Shown piece by piece: positions 11,729 through 23,465 of a stretch of 64,000 nt of DNA. Origin of the DNA: Podarcis erhardii (taxonomy: Eukaryota); assembly GCA_964252035.1 (NCBI GenBank), contig OZ176202.1; one strand, 5' to 3'. The position numbers were made by a program, and so were the translations under genes. Each line of letters starts with the position of its first letter. The first letter of the stretch is position 1. Under the pieces are notes generated by a model. The model saw only the letters and a list, made by a program, of their open reading frames with translations, did not search any database and was not told the origin of the DNA.

Positions 11729-13009
11729 AAAACATGCAAGGGAGGCATGCATGTTTTTTACACAGATGAGTTGTACATACTTGATAATTTACCAATCATA
11801 TATTTGCTTAACAAAGAATGGCATGTACAACATATTTAGCTTGTGCTCCTAAGCCTTCACTAATCGCCAGGAAGGTTGCCACAACAGAGGATTAGCAAAC
11901 AAGACACTGGTACCCAGGTAACACATAACTAGAGTAAATTTGCTCTAAATCTACTAACTATGTTAATTCTATAGCTGCAAGTCACCAAAAGATTATTCCT
12001 GAAGTTGGAATCTAATGAAATAGAACAGTCCACTCCATTTAAGCCAAGGTACATGCATTAAATACTGATGTCACCACTGTGATTCAAGTAGATTTAACTA
12101 GCTTGCAGATTAGGCCAGAAGTCAGTTCATATTACAAGACAAAGTCCTAAATTTGATATGCTTAATCATTTAAAAAGAGAGGTAAAAACCTTTACGAATG
12201 CAATTCTATGAGGATATCAAAATAGGATTGTTTCTTCTATATAGGCTGGCTGGGATTAAAAGTATGACATAAGGCCAACAAGCCTCTACTCCTCTTTCCA
12301 CTGCAGCTCTTGATACTCCTAGAAAAATCATCCCTGCAGATCAGGAGTCACCTCCAGAGTGGAATTCAACATAGCATGAGGGACTATAAAGTAAAGTTGG
12401 GGGAGTGGGTTTTTTTCCCTCGGAGAGACAATCAGCATATGCAGAAATGTTTTCTATGTATTCAAGAGATTCTGCAGATTCTGGTCCTCCCTTCCACCCC
12501 TTTCACTTGTGGGAACTGCCCTGCTTTGCCGCTTTCATACTTTTAAGACACTATATCACTAGCTGGAGAGGTGAAATGTTCACAAAACAGAGCCAGTGAG
12601 TCACAATCCCCTAGAAATGTTTCAAATGAAATAATATGTATCTGTATGTAATTGCACAAAATGTATACACCAATAACAAAATTATGAGCACACAGAGACA
12701 CATATTTCGTCGCAAAATTTAAATAATTCACATTGCAATGTGTGTTAAGAGGCTGTTTACATAACTCATGTTGCCACTTTAAATGTGGGTTTACAACACA
12801 AACTTAGGCATGTCTACTCAGAAGTACCACTGAGTTCAATGAGACCTATTCCTAGGTATGTGTGAGTGATTGCAGCCTTACAATTCAGTGCAATGTGTAT
12901 TTTCCACAATGCAGCAGTGATATATTTATCTTTTTAAAGGGAGTTATGGGGTGCAGTGGAAATATAGCAGTGTGCAATGAGGATATATGTAGCATAAACA
13001 CCATCCTAC

Positions 13010-13051
13010 CTCTTTTATAATGTTGCTTACTTCATCCACAATAAACGCAGT
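13010..13051 (-). CDS. DYNLT1: DYNLT1 coding exon 2, TAFIVDEVSNIIKE
   Basis: ctgcaag acceptor, gtagga donor, 42 nt, phase 0/0. Confidence 0.95.
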
Positions 13052-13408
13052 CTTGCAGGGGGAAAGAAGAGAAAAAGAAGCCAAAGATAACATTTAAACC
13101 AAGTAAGCAATTTGCAGTACTGACACAAATGTAGTTTTAACAAACAGGCTAATGCTTCAAACATTAATCAGATTTGATTTATTTCCCTAAGCATCTAACG
13201 CCTTGTTTCTACTTCACCAGACATAGAATCCTGCCATCACAAAGTGCGCCAAGCGATTCCTTAATGCTTATAACTGCAGTAAACAAACTTCTTAAGCAAT
13301 CACATAAAAGCATATGTTTAACATCCCTTCAAACACTTATAGAATAGAGGTGGCAGGTACATATAGTGGCCAGGTAACACATAAAAGGCCACAACTACTC
13401 CCATTTTA

Positions 13409-13756
13409 GGGACACGGGTGGCGCTAAACCACAGAGCCTCTTGGGCTTGCCAATCAGAAGGTTGGCGGTTCAATCCCCGCGACGGGGTGAGCTCCCGTTG
13501 CTCGGTCCCTGCTCCTGCCAACCTAGCAGTTCAAAAGCACGTCAAAGTGCAAGTAGATAAATAGGTACTGCTCTGGCGGGAAGGTAAATGGCGTTTCCGT
13601 GCACTGCTCTGGTTTCGCCAGAAGCGGCTTAGTCATGCTGGCCACATGACCTGGAAGCTGTACGCCGGCTCCCTCAGCCAGTAAAGCGAGATGAGCGCTG
13701 CAACCCCAGAGTCGTCCGCGACTGGACCTAATGGTCAGGGGTCCCTTTACCTTTAC
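13409..13756 (+). mobile_element. Full-length Sauria SINE (Squam1, lacertid type) in DYNLT1 intron 1
   Basis: GGGACACGGGTGGCGCT head, AAGTGCAAGTAGATAAATAGGTAC core and (CCTTTA)n tail. Imperfect TSD TACTCCCATTTTA / TACTCCCCATTTA. Confidence 0.93.
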
Positions 13757-14279
13757 TCCCCATTTATAATCTATTCATAACTATGTGGAGGCATCAAGGC
13801 AACTCCTATCTCCCCCCCTTTTTATTATCATATATAATAAACATTACTATAAATGATAATAAAGGTTTTGAGGTGTTGGTGGTTTTTTTGTTTTTCAATC
13901 CTGGTATATAAATTTTATGAAATATTTGTTTATGACTAGCTGAGACACAGATCTCATCTGCAGACAGGAGTACATGAGGCTCCATCTCACCTTTGACCAT
14001 GGGCCCCGTTTACTACCTGATCATGATTAGGGTTAGGACATTCATTTGAACACTGAAAGAATGTCTGAGGATCTACTCTCTATAGCCACATAAGGACGGA
14101 TTTGAGGGAACAGTAACCTCTGAATGCCAAAAGGAGATCCCGCCACACCCCGATGAAAACTGCCAGTTTCCTTCTCTTCTCCTTTTAGAGGGGCAAATTC
14201 CCTTCCCTCTTCGATTTTGCGAAGTTTCCCTTAGGACAAGAACCTGGGCCATTAGACCAGCCGGCAAGAGATTTATTTA

Positions 14280-15060
14280 TTCGGCTTGCTGCACGCGCAC
14301 CTCCCAAATGCGTGTACCCACCCGCGTGCCACGAAGAGCGGCGCTTTCTGGCACAAGCCATACCTACCACGGGGGGAGCGGAGAGATGCAGCGCCGCCAG
14401 CAGAAAAAGTTGCCCCGGGGCTTGTAAGCAGTCTGGCGGCGGCCTCTCTCCTCACAGCCCAGGGGCTGGCAAGAGAGGAGGGCCAGGCGACCTTCCAGGA
14501 ACGGGAACGTGGCCGACAATGGGCAAAGGGGCGGACCCCGCCGTCGCCACCGCCCTCCCCACGGAGGTCCCCGCAGCTACGGAAGAAAGGGGCACGCCGT
14601 CCCTTCCCTCCACGGCCGGCCACCCGCCCGCCAAGAGGAGGAGGAAGAGGGACGCCGCTGTCCTTGGGAACCGTTACCTCCTCTGCAGACTGAAGCTCGT
14701 CCATCTTCTTCTTCAGCAATCCAGCCTAGCGACTCCCACGCGGCGCATGCGCAACCGACTCTTCGCCGGTCGCAGACAGCAGCGCTTTCTTTCTTTCTTT
14801 CTTTCCTCTCTCCCTCGAGCTGCGCGGCTGCGCAGTGCGCTCATGTGCTTTCCCAACCAATCACCCGACGCTGGCAAATATACCGGAAGCGTTGCTGAGC
14901 TACGCTCTCTCTTTATTCCCCCCCCTCCCTCTCTCTCTCGCGCGGTTTCCGTTGTTCAATAAGAGGTGTGGAAAATGCCCCCCCCCCAATCGCCCTTTCT
15001 GGGGGTTTTTTGCGTGTGGTTCGCGCTGAGCTGAGGAGCCTGCGCTTTAGCGACCGTAGG
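14280..15060. promoter_or_regulatory. CpG island: DYNLT1 promoter and putative shared promoter with SYTL3
   Basis: The only strongly CpG-rich non-repeat stretch in the window. It contains the DYNLT1 ATG, an NRF1 palindrome GCGCATGCGC (14743-14752), an ETS motif ACCGGAAGC (14882-14890) and CCAAT boxes (~14858, ~14977). Confidence 0.8.
14678..14704 (-). CDS. DYNLT1: DYNLT1 coding exon 1, MDELQSAEE
   Basis: ATG at 14704-14702, donor GAG|gtaacg, 27 nt, inside the CpG island. Confidence 0.93.
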
Positions 15061-15666
15061 GAAGGGAGGATTAGCACACATTCTTCGCTTATTTTACTTT
15101 ATTTAGAATACAGGGGTGGCTCACCCTCCTCCAGAACTCCCCATCTTCCATGCTGGCTGGGCCTTCAGGTGCTTGAAAATGATACATCGCCTCTTAATAG
15201 CCTTTTCTGCAGGCCCACTATATCCAGCTCCTCCAGTCTCGGAATTGTAGAGTTAGGAACCCAAAGGGACATCTAGTCTGACCCTCTGGAGTGCAGTCTT
15301 TGGCTCAGGGTTCCTCATATCCGACCGTCACCCTCCTCTGGATGCCTTCTATTTTGTCAGTAACCTTAAAATGAAGGGTGCAGAAGGGAGGTCTGACCAA
15401 AGTTAATTTATAGATAAATTTTTAAAAAATTAAATAGAAATCCTTAACAGAAATGGAAGCAGCCAGTGAAATGGTATAATGGGGAATAAAGAGACTGCTG
15501 CTGAGCAGTGAACTGAGGGGGAGGTCCCAAAGCCCTTATCCAAGGGTGTCCCCTGGAGACTTCAAGGTCAGTACCATGGAGGGGAGTCATTGCTTCCTGG
15601 CCAACAATAACCAACACGTACCACTGAGATGTAGCGGTTCCCATGCCTCTGTTGTCCTGCAACATC

Positions 15667-15801
15667 CAGGGCTTTTTTTCAACCATAACTCACCGGACTC
15701 AGTTCCGGCACCTCTCAGGTGGGCACCATTGCCTTTATAAGAAAACAAGGGAGGCGTTCACGGTGAGTTCCAGCACCTCTTTTTCGAGAAAAACAGCACT
15801 A
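15667..15801. mobile_element. hAT-type MITE with 8-bp TSD GCAACATC
   Basis: TIRs CAGGGCTTTTTTTC / GAGAAAAACAGCACTA. TSD copies at 15659-15666 and 15802-15809. Confidence 0.88.
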
Positions 15802-18216
15802 GCAACATCCATTTGCAAATGTAGGGCCCTAATCACCTCTTTCACTACTTAGTATTGAAGGCTTTTTATCTGCCAGAATAGTGTACCACCTGACTGGCCA
15901 CCACAGCAAAAAACAAAAACTGGATTTCAGGAGACACCATGTTAGAAGAGGCTTTTTTTTTTTTTTTACAGAAGGAAGTGTCATCTTGTAATATGGGGCC
16001 TTGTGCAATAATGCGGCACTGTGGAGAACCTGCATGGTGTTGGATGCCAACTCTCATGATCACCCCAGGCAATACAGCCAATGAATTGAGAGTTACAGTT
16101 CAACGATACTTTGGGAGCTGCAAATTCCCAATTCAGAATCCAAAAACAAAGCTTTCCACCCTTCAAAACTATTTCCCCCATATATATTTATTAAATCACA
16201 TTTATGCTTATTGATTAACAAATAACTAAAAGTTATACACAAAATTGGTTTTTCCCCTCCCTATCATGCTATCTTGGCAAAAGAGTTTGAAGCGTTTCAT
16301 TTGCCAGGATGCGTAGCTCACCCCCTCAGAGAGGGTAGATTACTATCTTGGCTTTGCTTCTCAAATGCTTCAACAGAAGTCTCCTCAAATTCTTCAAAAG
16401 AATTGCAATACTTCTCAAGAATCACAGGCTAGATGACAGTTCTTAATCCCTCCCATTTACACTCCTATTATTATTAATTAAATTTGTGCATTTATGCATA
16501 CTCTGCATTTATGCATTTACTCTGCCTGAATAATTTGCAGGTTTTATAACAGGGCACCCTCAACTGCTTTTCACAGATGACATTAAGCTTGCTTTTTTCT
16601 TCACTCTTACCTTCTTTCAGCCCTTTTAATTTCTTCCCTTTCCAACCCACAGCAGTTGGTGAGGGCAGTTTCTGCTCTTAGGCAACACTGCATTGCCAAC
16701 ATCTTCCAGAACTTAGTGCCTACCTAGCCCAAATTCTACAATGCAGGATTTAGTCAATGGCTGTGGAGAGATGCATACTCACTGTTAGGACACTGGAAGC
16801 TCCCTTCTCAGGTAATCTTTTATATATAGATAGATGTAGATATCGCTGTTAATTGTTTTATTCAAAGCATACACATAAACAATCATAGTGCATATGTGCA
16901 TGTTTTCCAAATAATTCAAATTCAGGTTACAGTAAGCAAATTATACTCGTTACTATGGGTTTTCCTGATGTAAACATGGGGGAAGAAGTTTCTTAAAGGC
17001 TCTATTGAAGCTCAGGTGGTCTTCCTCCTTCTGACAAAAGGAAGCCAATTGTCAACAAAATGGTCTGTCTGTGCCACTCTCTGTGGAACTCTGTCTTGGT
17101 GCATCAGTTTTTATGGTAGTGCAAGCTGCCATACTTTATTTTAGCTAGCTTTTCTTCATGCTGGCTGGGACTGATGGAAGTTGTAGATCAAAACATCTGG
17201 ACGATACCAGGTTGGCAAAGGCTCTCTTAGTGGAAGGGCATTTGCATGTATCTCTCCCAGGTTAAAACTAGGTTCCCCAAATACAGACTTTGACTAGTAC
17301 TTAACTTCCTGATTTTTACCACCCGTACCAGCAAAGTGCTTGAGGAGGAGGGGAACAGACTTGGAGATGTCTGGAACATTCCCCTCCTAACACATCCTTC
17401 CAATATTCAAGCACTTCAGTAGCCTAGGTAAGACTGAGGACAATATCAGAGGCAAAATGTGAGGAATGAGAAGGTGGTGTGGGAAGCTAACCTTGCCTGT
17501 GGGCGAGATAAATCAATGAGTCAATGGCTATTGGTCATTACGACTTCCAGATTCAGAGGCAGTATGCTTCTTGTTGGTTGCTGTGGAAAACAGAATGTTT
17601 GGCTATGGTTATTACAGATGTTTCTACAATCAAACACAAAGAAACACATCCAAAACAGATAACAAAAAAAAGCCGAGCTTGGCCTGGAATATGAATATTC
17701 TCTTTAAAAATGGAAAAGGTTTCTACACACATGAATATTTGGCTATTAAACTTATGAAGCATATGTAATAAGATGAAATGGAACCTCCAATTCAGATATT
17801 TCTAGATTTGGGTTTGGATTGATTTGTACGTAATATTACTTGAAAAATAGGTGAATAAAGCCTTCCCTTTGATAGCTTAAAAGCATTGGGGATTTAAAAA
17901 TGTGTGTGCTATTTATGCTGGTATTACTGGTACTGTATTTGTATTATTCATATTAATAATACCAGCAATATGTATTAATTATCATGCAGTCCACAGCCCC
18001 CTGAGATATCAAAGCGGTCAGGGGGGATTTGCCATTTCTAGTAAATGCTCGCTTTGAATCTTGCGGAAGTTGAGGTTTGCAGTGTTGCACACATCTAACA
18101 TAAGCGAGTGACACAGAGAAACCACGTGAAAGTATCATACTTAATGGCCACTACTCTTCCTGTTAGCTTAGGGGTTTCATGTACGCTTTAAGAAAAAACA
18201 TTGTCTTTTCTCGCAG

Positions 18217-18446
18217 TGAACTGTTTCCTCCCAGACCACTAAGGCATTATTTAAAGCCTCTCTTTGATAGCAGACTGCATTGGTGGCAGTTACTTCCAGT
18301 GCAGAGGGCTGTAGGATCATACGATGATGTGCACTGAAGTATTCTGTATCAAACTTCAGTCCAGCAAGAAGGAAACGGAGAGAAAGAAGATATCATTTTT
18401 TCTTCAGTAAAACTAGCATCCTGCATTTCTTCTATGAAAGTAAAAG
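18217..18446 (+). other. Candidate non-coding 5' exon of SYTL3 (230 nt)
   Basis: Strong acceptor ttgtcttttctcgcag and consensus donor AAG|GTAAGT, between the CpG island and the first coding exon. No transcript evidence available. Confidence 0.5.
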
Positions 18447-19564
18447 GTAAGTCAGTGTTTGCTAAAGGTAGGCATAAAAAATGTTTAAATGTTTGCAAGG
18501 CAAGGGCCTTGCATTCCTCTCTTATTTGTGATTATTTGCTGTGTTTCGTTCCCCTAGCAGATAGGACACATTGATCTTTAGGGGTTATTGAATTGGAAAA
18601 CACCCTATCTCAAATTATTTTAGACATTTCTATTGCTTTAACATTCAAAAACTGGTGAATGCAAATAAATAAGTTCTACTATTGCTGTGTATCTGTTTCT
18701 CAAAGCTATGTAAATATTTAAAAGATGCCTCTGAATTTCTGCCGTTAAAAGATGGAGATTTCCTTGTGGTAGCATAGCATGGACTAAGGTATTGTGCAAC
18801 TTTGATTCCTTCCTCTGTACTGTATATTTAGCTCTCTCACACTGCACACCCCAAACCTTGTACTTTGAGTAACCCTGTTCATGTGTATGTGTCTATAGTA
18901 AGTAGTTTATTGTTCCACACTGTATCTTCTGGTGTGTCCAAGATAGGCAATTTTTCTGTGTCAAGCCCAATAAACATCTCAGAGAAGGATATATGAACTG
19001 GGATCTTTCATGAAGGCCTTGCTTTCTAAATGTTAAGTTTTTGGATTTGTAGTATGTCGTCTTATAATAAGCTGTGCATAGGATCAATGTGTGTAATGCG
19101 TTCTGAACTTTTTATTGATCCTTTGAACAGCTTATTTATTGTATAAAATCATACTGCAACTATAATTCCAGTGACTTTACATTTAGGTGTAATTAGATAG
19201 AGACACAATTCCATCAGAGTTAGTCCTTCACCAACTTTTCATCTTATGTTGTGTTGCCATGGTTAAGCATGTGGTCCTGAACCCAATTGTTTTTGATGGT
19301 GCAGCAAATGGTAGAATATTTGCTTAATTTTGCAACATGTTTTAATAAGCTTTTTTGACATTGGGAGTAAACTAATATCCCCCTCCCAACCGCAGAAAGT
19401 AAGTGATCTGCCTTGTTTGACCCTCAGTGCCAGCATCAATCAAGGCACGGAACTATCTAGTTTAAATTACCGTAACTTGCATGGAGGCAGGGCCATAATC
19501 TGCTTTTGTCAGATGCAATGCACCTGATCCCTCCCACATCTTGTGCCTCCTCTGACTTTGTAAG

Positions 19565-19607
19565 GAAGGACTCTCTACAAAGACCTTAAACAATAGCAGA
19601 ACATCAG
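19565..19607 (+). other. Candidate small non-coding exon of SYTL3 (43 nt)
   Basis: Acceptor ctctgactttgtaag and donor CAG|GTGAGT. Confidence 0.3.
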
Positions 19608-20978
19608 GTGAGTGGCCTTTCAGTTAGTTGGAATCTATTTTTCACTCATTTGGGGCAGGTGAGAGTGGGGCACAGTCTCTCCAAAATCCATTCACAACTG
19701 CCTTAGGCTCTTGTTTAAAGTCCTTCTGGTTTTTGATTGTGTCATCTATATGTCCATATGAGTTTTCCTGTTCATCTTGTGTCTGCACAAAGTGAAGCCA
19801 TAAGCTGGCATTGGTGCATAATGCCTGAAACATCTTCTAGATTTGTGAGGGATGTGTGTTGTCTCAGTGATAAACCACACTGTTTTTTGCAAGACCTTTT
19901 TATCTGCCTGAACAGACACAAACTAGGCACAATTCAGATGGCAGGCCCATTAGCTATTAAAGCCTATAAATAATTGATTGATAGTAAATACTTACTTTAG
20001 AACATCTCGCCTTCACACCATACTAGTTTTACTTCCATGGGATAAAAGGTTCAACAGCTAGCAGTCAGAGGGCATCGTATTCCAGTTAAGGCACATTTAT
20101 CTTTGTGGTTCACTAGGAGGCAATCAACTGAATTTTTTCATGACACCTTTTATTATTTGGATTATTGGTATTCTCATTTTTCATTATCTTTTGCACAATC
20201 CACATAAGCAAAATGGCTTTTATACAAGCCTTTTTACACCAGGGTAAGTAACATGCTGATGGGCAATGGTGCTTATTGTAATGAGGCTGTTTGAAAGATG
20301 ATGAATCATATTTCATAGCTCAACTGTGGCCCAAGCATACTATGAAACGATATTCTGACAGGATGTAGCTTTTGTTTTCCAGGAAAAGTAGAAGATAGTG
20401 ATCTACTGCAGAATAAGAAAGGAGAAGTAGGTTGTTCTTTTTTCTGCATTCCTAAGAAATGCAATCCTAATTTCCTAATAGGAAATTTGTGAATTTAAAG
20501 CAATGGAGGTGGAGTTTCTCCCCCTTACACCTGCTGCTGCCTATCAGCTTGAATCATACCCCAATTTTCTTTGCAGAATGGTGGATCTAAGCCAAACCTC
20601 TCTCGTTTTTATCAGTTTAGAAACTACCAGCAGCAAATTGGGAGCCTGAAGTCATTTTATTTATACAAGACGATAAACTGCCTTCATCCAGCAAAGAAAG
20701 TGCCTTCAGCAGGTGATGAGACTGAAAATTATGGCGTATATGGAAAAGGGTTCTTTTCCTCTCCCTTCCATCTTATGACACAGTTCAAACGTATCTCTGA
20801 TGAAAGATGTATGCAAGCAGTTAAAGTGACTCATAGATCTTTTGGTTGCTGAACCCTGCCCCTAGCTTTAAGCTCCAACTTTCCTTGGTGGGGGTGCTGA
20901 AGAAGATTAAAATTCTTTAAAAAACAAAACAATCAGACAAACAAACAAACAAAAACCTTCTAAGAATCAGAAGAGAAA

Positions 20979-21088
20979 ATGACTCAGGAACTTGACCTCA
21001 ATGTACTAAAGGGATTGGAACGACAAGTTGTTTTAGATGTCCTGAACCGTGATCAGATGTTGAGGAAGGTGGACGAAGAACGAATAAG
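20979..21088 (+). CDS. SYTL3: SYTL3 coding exon 1, MTQELDLNVLKGLERQVVLDVLNRDQMLRKVDEERI(R); SHD1
   Basis: Slp homology domain N-terminus, donor AG|gtatgt. Probable upstream acceptor at 20576 (attttctttgcag). Confidence 0.93.
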
Positions 21089-21834
21089 GTATGTGGCCAT
21101 TTTGGAATACAGCGTGCCATTGCATCTCCCTGTTTTATTTTCTTCTTTTCATCTATTCTTTGCTAAAGTCCTTTTCTCAGATTCTTTGTTAGACCATTCT
21201 AGTGATTAAATTTTAGATTAAATATTTTGCAGGAAGAAATTTATTGAATGGCTTTGTCATGACTGTTATTACAGTAGTTTTGTACATTCCCTACTCCTTG
21301 CACTAAGGGTGTTTTCAGATGGGTGATTATTGTGCATGCTCCTCATGCATGCAGTTCCCTATATGTGAGCCTATATTCCAGTCTAATCCAGATGTATCTT
21401 TCACAGCAAGCACATAGCATTGACCTGCTAGAGTTTTTCCAAGTTCCTGCCAAGGGCTCTAAGCAAGATTTGGAAAGCAATTATGATGTTTCAGTATGGT
21501 AGGAAGGTTCACTAGTAAATTCCTCCAACCCCCTTTTTAAAATTAAGGTGGTTATCTAGGAAAGCAACACAGAAGGAAGTCGCACTCACTCATCTCCATA
21601 GGTCAGCCAGTTATTTCAGCATGGTATTATATTGTTTAAATGTGGTGGAAGGTGAAATTACAGGTTAACCTTTTGTTTTTGGTTTACATTGGCTATTCAA
21701 ATTACAGCATATTATTAATGAAAGTGAATTCATGCAGCTACTTAGAGAATAAGTGTGAATAATTGTTCATTTTTTTCACTCCTACTTGATAAAATATGTG
21801 CATATTTATTTATTTTTTTTCTGGCTGAGAACAG

Positions 21835-22044
21835 GAAACTGAAGCTGCAGCTGCAGGAACTTCGATGGAAAGGGACAAAAAACGCAAACCTGGAATATAA
21901 GTCTTGTGCCCGCTGTCAGAAACCTCTTGGAGTGCTAATCAACAGAGGTGCAGTGTGCAATGGGTGCAGTCACCAAGTATGCTCCAGATGTCGCATCACT
22001 TTGAATCGCTACCTGTGGAAATGCACTGTCTGCTACGCTCATGA
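21835..22044 (+). CDS. SYTL3: SYTL3 coding exon 2, zinc-finger part of the Rab-binding domain
   Basis: KLKLQLQELRWKG..CARC..CNGC..CSRC..WKCTVC with all 8 Cys. aacag acceptor, GA|gtgaga donor, 210 nt. Confidence 0.95.
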
Positions 22045-22329
22045 GTGAGAAATTCTAGAGAAATTGCTCAGTAATATTTGCATTGTGGGTGTTTATGCCT
22101 TAGTTGCATTGGTCATGAGGATCAGGTCTGTAGGAGTTTCATAGCAGCCCTCTGCTATCAAGGAAGAAGGAGACAGAGGCAGCATATACTTTGGTGGGGA
22201 GTAGGACAGTGTGGTCCAATGCCCGGCCAGAGGACCACATGCAGCCCTCAAGGGCTTTTTTGGAGGCCCTTGGCAACATTTCTCACACACACACACACAC
22301 ACACACACACCACAGCAGCCCTCCCACCA

Positions 22330-22531
22330 CCTTCCCAAAGCTGGGTAAGCAAAGTGCTGGGCTTTGGGAAGGAGACCTGAGGGCTCTGTCAGGGTCTCTC
22401 CACCTTCCCAAAGCTTAGTTAGCGCTTCCCCAGCTTTGGGAAGGAGGTGGGAGGGCTCTAGAACTCTGCCAGAGCCTTATAGCCTTCCCAAAGCCTGGCC
22501 GCAGCACCTTACTTATCCAGGCTTGGGAAGG
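22330..22531. repeat. Three alternating inverted pairs CCTTCCCAAAGC / GCTTTGGGAAGG
   Basis: Forward copies at 22330, 22403 and 22483; reverse copies at 22361, 22433 and 22521 (last one has a 1-nt deletion). A (CA)n run precedes them at ~22284-22309. Confidence 0.75.
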
Positions 22532-23000
22532 TAGTGGAAGAACTAGGTAGGGGGGCATCAAATTTTGGGCTCACCTCCCCTCTCCATGCGACAAGGCAGT
22601 GTCTAAGGAGGTTCACACAGCGGGCACACTGGAAATATTATTGTGGAATTAACACACAACACTTGGTAGTCAGAGCCATAGGACTCCTTTGCATGCACCT
22701 TCAGTAGGATGGGAGTTGTTTTCCTGTAATGTAGTGTATATTTGAAGTCTAGAACTACATAGGTCTTTTTCACTTAATTAAAAAAATGAAATGAAAATGA
22801 AAGCTAAGATTTTCAGAAAGTTGAATTCTATGCCCAGTACCAAATTCTATGGGTTTTCTATTCTTGTGCATAATCTGGAAATGTCCTTCTGGGTTATGTA
22901 ACAGTTGAGGTTCCAATGCTGTAATGATGGAGTTTTTGTGATGAGCTTACAGGTGATTTTGAAAATGCTTCAGTAAAAGGTTCAAATATTTGTTTTGCAG

Positions 23001-23065
23001 GGAACTTAAAGTGAAAGCAGGCGAGTGGTTCTTTGAGCAGCGATCAAAGAAATTTCCAGCTGAAG
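23001..23065 (+). CDS. SYTL3: SYTL3 coding exon 3, ELKVKAGEWFFEQRSKKFPAE(G); SHD2
   Basis: ttttgcag acceptor, G|gtaat donor, 65 nt, GEWF motif. Confidence 0.96.
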
Positions 23066-23279
23066 GTAATGCTTTTAAAAAGTAGCAGGAAGCTACACTA
23101 TTAAATGCAAGATAAATTGATGGTCTGTTATTTTTATTTCACATTTTGTTCTCTTAGCAAGATATGTATAATCTGAAATAAGTAATAGTAAGTAAATAAG
23201 TAAGTAAGTAAATAAATATATGAGCACATAACAGTTACCTTTGGCTACAATGTAGAAGTATTTAGGGGCCTTTAGGTGC

Positions 23280-23465
23280 CAGGCATTAATGTTCCTTTTC
23301 AACCAGGCCTTAGGCTGATTAGCATGTGATACCCTTTTAGATGTGGGAGTGAAGGGGTTATTTATTATGTATTTTGTTTGTGTTTTTTATCTTGTATTTT
23401 TGTGTTGTGAACTGCCTTGGGCTCTATGGATGAAGGGCATTATACAAATTTAATATAAAAATAAT
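23280..23465 (+). mobile_element. L2 LINE 3' tail
   Basis: ..TTCCTTTTCAACCAGGCCTT..TTTTATCTTGTATTTT..GTGAACTGCCTTGGG..GAAGGGCATTATACAAATTTAAT. Confidence 0.6.

Noticed and set aside
14273-15276. Multiple 100-216 aa ORFs in the CpG island
   Set aside because: GC-rich DNA is poor in stop codons. Only MDELQSAEE (14678-14704) is supported by homology and a donor site.
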